This document shows, one piece after another, positions 58,640 to 64,000 of a DNA stretch of 64,000 nucleotides. The DNA is from Spirochaetota bacterium (GTDB lineage Bacteria > Spirochaetota > UBA4802 > JAFGDQ01). Below the pieces are notes generated by a model, which saw only the letters and a list, made by a program, of their open reading frames with translations, searched no databases and had not been told where the DNA came from. How positions within the stretch are numbered: the first letter of the stretch is position 1; each line of letters opens with the position of its first letter. A program made the position numbers and the translations under genes. The stretch lies in NCBI GenBank assembly GCA_043803405.1, contig JAZDKB010000003.1, positions 56,143-120,142 of the forward strand, given 5' to 3'.

Positions 58640-58690
58640 TTAATATCTTAGGACGCATAGTTAATACCTTTATATATTACGGATACATTT

Positions 58691-59953
58691 ATGAGCAGCA
58701 AAACATACACGAAACCGCCCGGAATAGAAGATATTTTTCCGGATAAAATAGCGGCATGGAACTTTGTATTAAATACGGCAAAGGACGTATTTAATATTTA
58801 TAATTTTAAAGAGCTGGTAATCCCGATATTCGAATTCACTGACGTATTTATTCGAGGCATTGGAACTGAGACAGACATAGTATCAAAGGAAATGTTCTCT
58901 TTTGAGGACCGCGGAGGAAGGAGCCTTACGCTGCGGCCGGAAGGCACAGCGGGTGTCGTAAGGGCTTATGTTGAGAATGGCGAATATAACCGGCTTTCGA
59001 TCGCGAAATTTTTTTACTCCGGGCCCATGTTCAGGGCCGAAAGGCCTCAGAAAGGAAGGCTCCGGCAGTTCAACCAGTTAGGGGCGGAGACATTTGGCAG
59101 CATAAATCCTTTTTACGACTTCGAAATCATATCCATGATGGACGCGCTCGCAAAAAGGCTGGGAATAAGCGATTACGTTCTACTAATAAATTCTATCGGC
59201 TGCCCTGAATGCCGCATAAATTACATAAGCGAACTGAAAAAGTATTATGCAGTCAATAAAGACGATCTCTGCGAAGACTGCCGGAAAAGACTGGAACGGA
59301 ATCCTTTAAGGCTTCTGGACTGTAAAAACGAAAGATGCGTTGAGCTTAAAATAAAAGCTCCCAGAATAACGAACTTTATCTGCAAGCCGTGCGCTGATCA
59401 TTACAGCATGCTTAAAGGCTTTCTTAACGATAATAATATACGATTTAACGAAGACCCGCTGCTGGTGCGGGGGCTAGATTATTACACTAAGTCGACATTC
59501 GAATTTGTGAGCAAAGGACTGGGCGGGCAAAACGCGTTCGCAGCAGGCGGCAGATACGACAACCTTGTAGAGACGTTCGGGGGCAAACCGACTCCCGCAG
59601 TAGGATTTGCTGCTGGAATCGAAAGAATCCTTCTGCTTCTTGACGAAAGCAAAATCAATCAAAAACCGCTCGATATATTTCTTATTCATTCCGGAGAAGG
59701 TGGATTGAAAAAAGCATTTGAAATATTAAACATTTTAAGAACAAATAATCTCAGCGCGGATATGGAACCGGAACCCGGCAGCTTTAAGTCCCAGTTTAAG
59801 AAAGCAGACAGGGAAAACGCAAAATATACGGTTATTATCGGGGACGATGAAATAAAGAGCAACAGCATAGCTCTGAAAAATATGGGAAACGGGCAGCAGG
59901 AAAATATTGCTGGCGAAAAAATTATACAGCATTTAAAGTCTGTACTAAAATGA
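58691..59953 (+). CDS. hisS: Histidine--tRNA ligase
   Basis: LRPEGTA, MFRAERPQKGRLRQF, LVRGLDYYT, GGRYD, GFAAGIER. Confidence 0.98.
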   Translation: MSSKTYTKPPGIEDIFPDKIAAWNFVLNTAKDVFNIYNFKELVIPIFEFTDVFIRGIGTETDIVSKEMFSFEDRGGRSLTLRPEGTAGVVRAYVENGEYNRLSIAKFFYSGPMFRAERPQKGRLRQFNQLGAETFGSINPFYDFEIISMMDALAKRLGISDYVLLINSIGCPECRINYISELKKYYAVNKDDLCEDCRKRLERNPLRLLDCKNERCVELKIKAPRITNFICKPCADHYSMLKGFLNDNNIRFNEDPLLVRGLDYYTKSTFEFVSKGLGGQNAFAAGGRYDNLVETFGGKPTPAVGFAAGIERILLLLDESKINQKPLDIFLIHSGEGGLKKAFEILNILRTNNLSADMEPEPGSFKSQFKKADRENAKYTVIIGDDEIKSNSIALKNMGNGQQENIAGEKIIQHLKSVLK

Positions 59954-60059
59954 AATAGTTAGAACTCATCTCAAAATAACCGATGCTTTAAAAGCAACAA
60001 TAAATAAAATGTTTGCAAATAATACCGGTTCAATTTAATCTATATACTGTAAAAAAACC

Positions 60060-61937
60060 ATGAAAAATATTGAGGCTACAGATCCAAGGGAAAAATTCAG
60101 ATTCCTTGATGAAAAAACGGCAAAGGAACCTCATATTTACGAGGTCCTGAACGAGATTTTACTGTACCAGATGAACTCACTGCCCTTGGGCGATAAACAA
60201 CTCGCCACAATGGATGTTCTGAAAAAATCCGGAAAAATAAAAATACCTTTTACTACAACCAGGGACAGAACAATTGAATACCTGATGGAGACCCTGTTAA
60301 AAAGGTATTCGCACTTTATGCGTCCTGTAGTTTCTTTCGATTTCCACGTTGAACAATCGACACGACAAATAGATATTTACGAAACAACGGAATACACTAT
60401 TTTGCTGGACAATAATGATTTTGAAAAGCTGCTTGCCTTAAGGGATAAACAATCAATAGAAAATCTGCATGATTTATTAAAAAAATACAGGTTCTTTAAT
60501 TTATCCAAACTGATAAAGAAAGCGGACGAGAAAGAAGAGCTGTCCAGGATAATCAAGAAAGAACTCGACAAGACAATATTTACGTTTAAAAACTATAATA
60601 TTGATAATGATAAAATCGAATGGGCTGAGGACTTCTGTTTTCACGTTGATAATTATGAGCCTGTAAAGGAATCTATTAATCTAACTTCGCTTAAGGAAAT
60701 AATTTCATTATATTCCGATTCCGTGAGAAGAGGTCTGAATAAATTCGGCATACTGAATTCCGAGTTCAGCGATTACAGGGATACAAAGCTTGCCTATATT
60801 TTCAGCATATTAACGGACGATCTCGCCAGTACGCTTTCTGAAAAAGACCTTGTAGACGTAAAGAATCTGCAGTCGCTGGTATCCTGCATTAACAGGGTAG
60901 ACAAGGTAGTCGATCCTGTGCTGATCGTTAACGAAGACATAGTTAAATTCATAAGGGAACATAAATTAACTACTGCGACCGAAATAACAGCCACATTAAC
61001 TGAATTAACTGTGGACACCCTGAACAAATGGGCCGCTTCTGAAAACCTTAGAGCCAACAAAATCCTTGCTTTTAAAAATGAGGAAGGCGAGACGTTTTAC
61101 ATTGACGGCGAAAATTATTTTACTATGATCTCGGAACTTAACCAGCTTATTTTGTTTCAGCCTGAAAAGCTGAGCGACATGTCGCGCGCTGAAAAGCGTA
61201 AGGTCAATACAAGAATGGATATCCTGTATGGCGCTTTTCTTAATTTAACAAAACGCTCTGAAAAAATAGAAGATTACATTAAAATCAATTCGGAAAAACT
61301 TACAATATTAAAAAAGATAATAACCGATTATGATAATTATAAAAGAAAGCTTATTTCTAGCGAAACCTTGCAGCAGGAAGGCGAAGCAAAACCCCGAAGA
61401 GCCAAAAAAAGAGAAAATATATTCTCAATAATTATTAAAGCTATTTTTGGTATTTTTGGTTCTTTATTCGGTTCCCGTTCAAAGGGTGAGTCGGCTGATG
61501 ACTCCGCAGGCATGGATGACATGGGCGGACTTTCGAGAAAAGACATATCTCACGAAACTACGAAAATTTACAGAAAAGCCGTAAGCATGAACTCTCCAAT
61601 AGTAGCGCTTTCGGACCTTATTGAACTTACCCCGGAAAACGAATATCTTGTCAACAGGGTAATAAAAGACCTTAGAGAAAATAATCTTAAGATTGTTATT
61701 CCGATTTATAACGCGAGAAAAAATCTTTATCCGAAAAGAAGCCAGAAACTGCTGATGTCGGATATCGAATACCTGCTTGTTTCGCCTGAAGACGCGAAGT
61801 TCCCTGAAACAATAAGATCGTTTACGGATTCGCTTATGGGCAAGAAGATAAAAGATGAACTGATCCCTGCTACCGCAATTATAGCGGTTGAAAAATATCT
61901 CTTAACGCTTTACAGACAGAAAAAAGCGTCCAGGTAA
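60060..61937 (+). CDS. Hypothetical protein
   Basis: 625 aa ORF; no motif recognised. Confidence 0.75.
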   Translation: MKNIEATDPREKFRFLDEKTAKEPHIYEVLNEILLYQMNSLPLGDKQLATMDVLKKSGKIKIPFTTTRDRTIEYLMETLLKRYSHFMRPVVSFDFHVEQSTRQIDIYETTEYTILLDNNDFEKLLALRDKQSIENLHDLLKKYRFFNLSKLIKKADEKEELSRIIKKELDKTIFTFKNYNIDNDKIEWAEDFCFHVDNYEPVKESINLTSLKEIISLYSDSVRRGLNKFGILNSEFSDYRDTKLAYIFSILTDDLASTLSEKDLVDVKNLQSLVSCINRVDKVVDPVLIVNEDIVKFIREHKLTTATEITATLTELTVDTLNKWAASENLRANKILAFKNEEGETFYIDGENYFTMISELNQLILFQPEKLSDMSRAEKRKVNTRMDILYGAFLNLTKRSEKIEDYIKINSEKLTILKKIITDYDNYKRKLISSETLQQEGEAKPRRAKKRENIFSIIIKAIFGIFGSLFGSRSKGESADDSAGMDDMGGLSRKDISHETTKIYRKAVSMNSPIVALSDLIELTPENEYLVNRVIKDLRENNLKIVIPIYNARKNLYPKRSQKLLMSDIEYLLVSPEDAKFPETIRSFTDSLMGKKIKDELIPATAIIAVEKYLLTLYRQKKASR

Positions 61938-62023
61938 ACTAATAACCCGCCGCGACACTGAATTTAATTCCGAAGAGGCTCTTTGTAGAAATAAATTCTC
62001 AGAAAAACGATTAATAAAATAAA

Positions 62024-62266
62024 TTAATCTGTTGATTTATGCGTGGATAAATGGTCCGATATTGCTTCGTGCTTTTGACCGCCGCCTTTTTTGTAATCAT
62101 TTACATAAAAACCGGATCCCTTGAAAATAATCCCTACGCCTCCGCCAATAAGCTTTTTCACTTTACCGCCGCATTTTAAGCATTTATCGATCGGATCGTC
62201 TTTAATTGACTGGAACATTTCAAAACGGTGTTTGCATTCCGTGCATTCATAATCATAAGTCGGCAT
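62024..62266 (-). CDS. FmdB family zinc-ribbon protein
   Basis: MPTYDYECTEC.H.FE..Q...CLKCGG...IIFKGSGFYVNDY. Confidence 0.93.
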   Translation of the reverse strand: MPTYDYECTECKHRFEMFQSIKDDPIDKCLKCGGKVKKLIGGGVGIIFKGSGFYVNDYKKGGGQKHEAISDHLSTHKSTD

Positions 62267-62503
62267 TTATATTCTCCAAACCTGGGTTGTATTTTTCTAT
62301 TGTTATATTTAATTAATTTATTAAAATATTTGTGTTTCGCCAAATTTTTTTTGCGAAGCTATAATAGGAAATGACATTTTATATCAACTTAAGTCAATAA
62401 CTATTTAAATAAAATTTACGCCATTTGAGATTGACATAAATAAAAGTTTTAATATATTGTAAATATATTTTTTTATTTTATTTTCCATTAACTGCAATAA
62501 AAA

Positions 62504-63829
62504 TTGAAAACGAATTCGTGTACTTTCCACATAGAAACATTTGGCTGCCAGATGAACAAAGGCGATTCCGAGCTGATGGCACTTTCGCTCTCGAACGCCG
62601 GTTTTGCCGAAGCAACTCCGGACGCGGTTGCCGATATTCTCGTATTCAACACATGCTCGGTGCGCCAGCACGCGGAAGACCGTGTGATATCGAGAATCGG
62701 TGCTATTAAGAGCGCTCGCCTTACCGGAAGCATAATAGTAATAACTGGATGCATGGCGCAAAGGATAGGCGAAAGCCTGATAGAAGGCGGCCTTGCAGAC
62801 CTTGTGATAGGGCCTTACGAGTCCCCGCGCATCGGGGAAATAGTGCTGGAGCACTTCTCCGGCAGTGGGAAAAGGCTTTACCGTTCTCTTTTGCCCGAAG
62901 ACTTTAGAACGCGCATTGACCCTGCCCTTGCGGACAAAAAGGACAGCCAGCCATGGCACAAGTGGGTTACGATAACGCATGGGTGCGAAAACTTCTGTTC
63001 ATACTGCATTGTCCCTTATGTGAGAGGGCGCCTTATATCTTTCCCGTCTGATTTAATTCTCGATTATATTAAGCGGCTTGCTGCCAGCGGCATAAAAGAG
63101 ATTACGCTTCTAGGACAGAACGTCAACCAGTACGGGGAAGCGGGCGGCATCACGTTTTACAAACTACTGGAAAAAGTTGCAGATATTGACGGGCTTATTA
63201 AAATAAACTTTCTTACTTCGCATCCGAAGGACTTTGATGAAAACATAGTAAATGTCATCCGTGATAATGAAAACATATCAAGGGCCATTCATCTGCCTTT
63301 GCAGAGCGGCTCCGATGCTGTGCTCACGGCCATGAACAGAAAATACACTATAGGTCATTATCTTACAATAATTGAAAAGATAGACGCGAAGCTTGACAGG
63401 TATTCGATTTCCACGGACATCATTGTCGGGTTCCCGGGCGAGAGCGCGGAGGACTTTAACGCCACTCTCGATATTGTGAGGCGCGTGAGATTCGACGATG
63501 CGTTCACGTACGCCTATTCCCCGAGATCGGGCACTGCCGCGTTTCAGTTAAAGGAAACGCTTTCCAAAGATGAAAAGATTGAGCGGCTGAATGCGCTTAT
63601 TGAGCTTCAAAGAAAAATCTCGAAAGAGAAGCTGGCTGCAAGAGTGAATACGCGCGAGGACATGATCGCTGAGCGGATCAGCAAGAGATCGGATAAAGAG
63701 CTTATGGGAAAAACCTTTCTGGATCATCCTGTAATTACTCCCGGTGTTCCGGATGATATTGGCAAAAAAATAAAGATAGAAATTACTGAGTTAAAGGGCA
63801 ACACCCTTTACGGGAAGAGGATAGTGTAA
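62504..63829 (+). CDS. miaB: tRNA methylthiotransferase MiaB
   Basis: TFGCQMN, NTCSVR, GCMAQR, CENFCSYC radical SAM motif, LLGQNVN, TRAM tail. Confidence 0.95.
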   Translation: MKTNSCTFHIETFGCQMNKGDSELMALSLSNAGFAEATPDAVADILVFNTCSVRQHAEDRVISRIGAIKSARLTGSIIVITGCMAQRIGESLIEGGLADLVIGPYESPRIGEIVLEHFSGSGKRLYRSLLPEDFRTRIDPALADKKDSQPWHKWVTITHGCENFCSYCIVPYVRGRLISFPSDLILDYIKRLAASGIKEITLLGQNVNQYGEAGGITFYKLLEKVADIDGLIKINFLTSHPKDFDENIVNVIRDNENISRAIHLPLQSGSDAVLTAMNRKYTIGHYLTIIEKIDAKLDRYSISTDIIVGFPGESAEDFNATLDIVRRVRFDDAFTYAYSPRSGTAAFQLKETLSKDEKIERLNALIELQRKISKEKLAARVNTREDMIAERISKRSDKELMGKTFLDHPVITPGVPDDIGKKIKIEITELKGNTLYGKRIV

Positions 63830-63861
63830 GATGTAATTGTCGGGATTGAAGCAGAGGATGC

Positions 63862-64000
63862 GAGAGTGTAAAAAAGATTGTGTAAACAGCCATAGAATAA
63901 ATAATTGAAGACAGAGGAGAAGAAAATGGCTGAAGGAAAAGAAATAGTAGAAGAACTGTTAAAGCAGATAGATTTTAAGAATTTAACAGTAAATCAGATA
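63862..64000 (+). mobile_element. Left end of IS256-family insertion sequence (truncated by window)
   Basis: IS256-like IR gagagtgtaaaaaagattgtgtaaa at 63862; GAGGAG RBS; ORF from ATG 63926 (MAEGKEIVEELLKQIDFKNLTVNQI...) resembles IS256 transposase N-termini. Confidence 0.65.

Overview
AT-rich bacterial chromosome segment, most consistent with a spirochaete of Leptospira-like gene content. Evidence: FlgE carries the lysinoalanine Lys/Cys pair, and CheX, HDOD, STAS, FecR-ECF and many lipoproteins are present. Most of the window is housekeeping and signalling: fliK-flgD-flgE, two REC/kinase genes, smpB, dnaE, a Maf-type glycosyltransferase, trpS, HD-GYP, folK, a DnaC-like ATPase, panP, murB, cysS-rlmB, GldA/F/G-like ABC, serC, mltG-U32, hisS, miaB, and the start of an IS256-like element at the right edge. 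No rRNA, tRNA, tmRNA or CRISPR array was recognised. The most unusual signals are: (1) an orphan ~250-nt hairpin-rich non-coding block (20265-20519) whose last 26 bp recur exactly 3.3 kb downstream, bracketing a 14-repeat beta-propeller lipoprotein and an orphan antitoxin-like gene; (2) several families of intergenic palindromic/MITE-like elements, two of which show GGA-loop hairpins resembling CsrA sites; (3) a three-gene lamin-tail/T9SS-CTD-like + PorV-like barrel-HhH + barrel module; (4) an ECF sigma/anti-sigma locus with a readable shared promoter motif. All family assignments come from motif recognition by eye; no searches were run.
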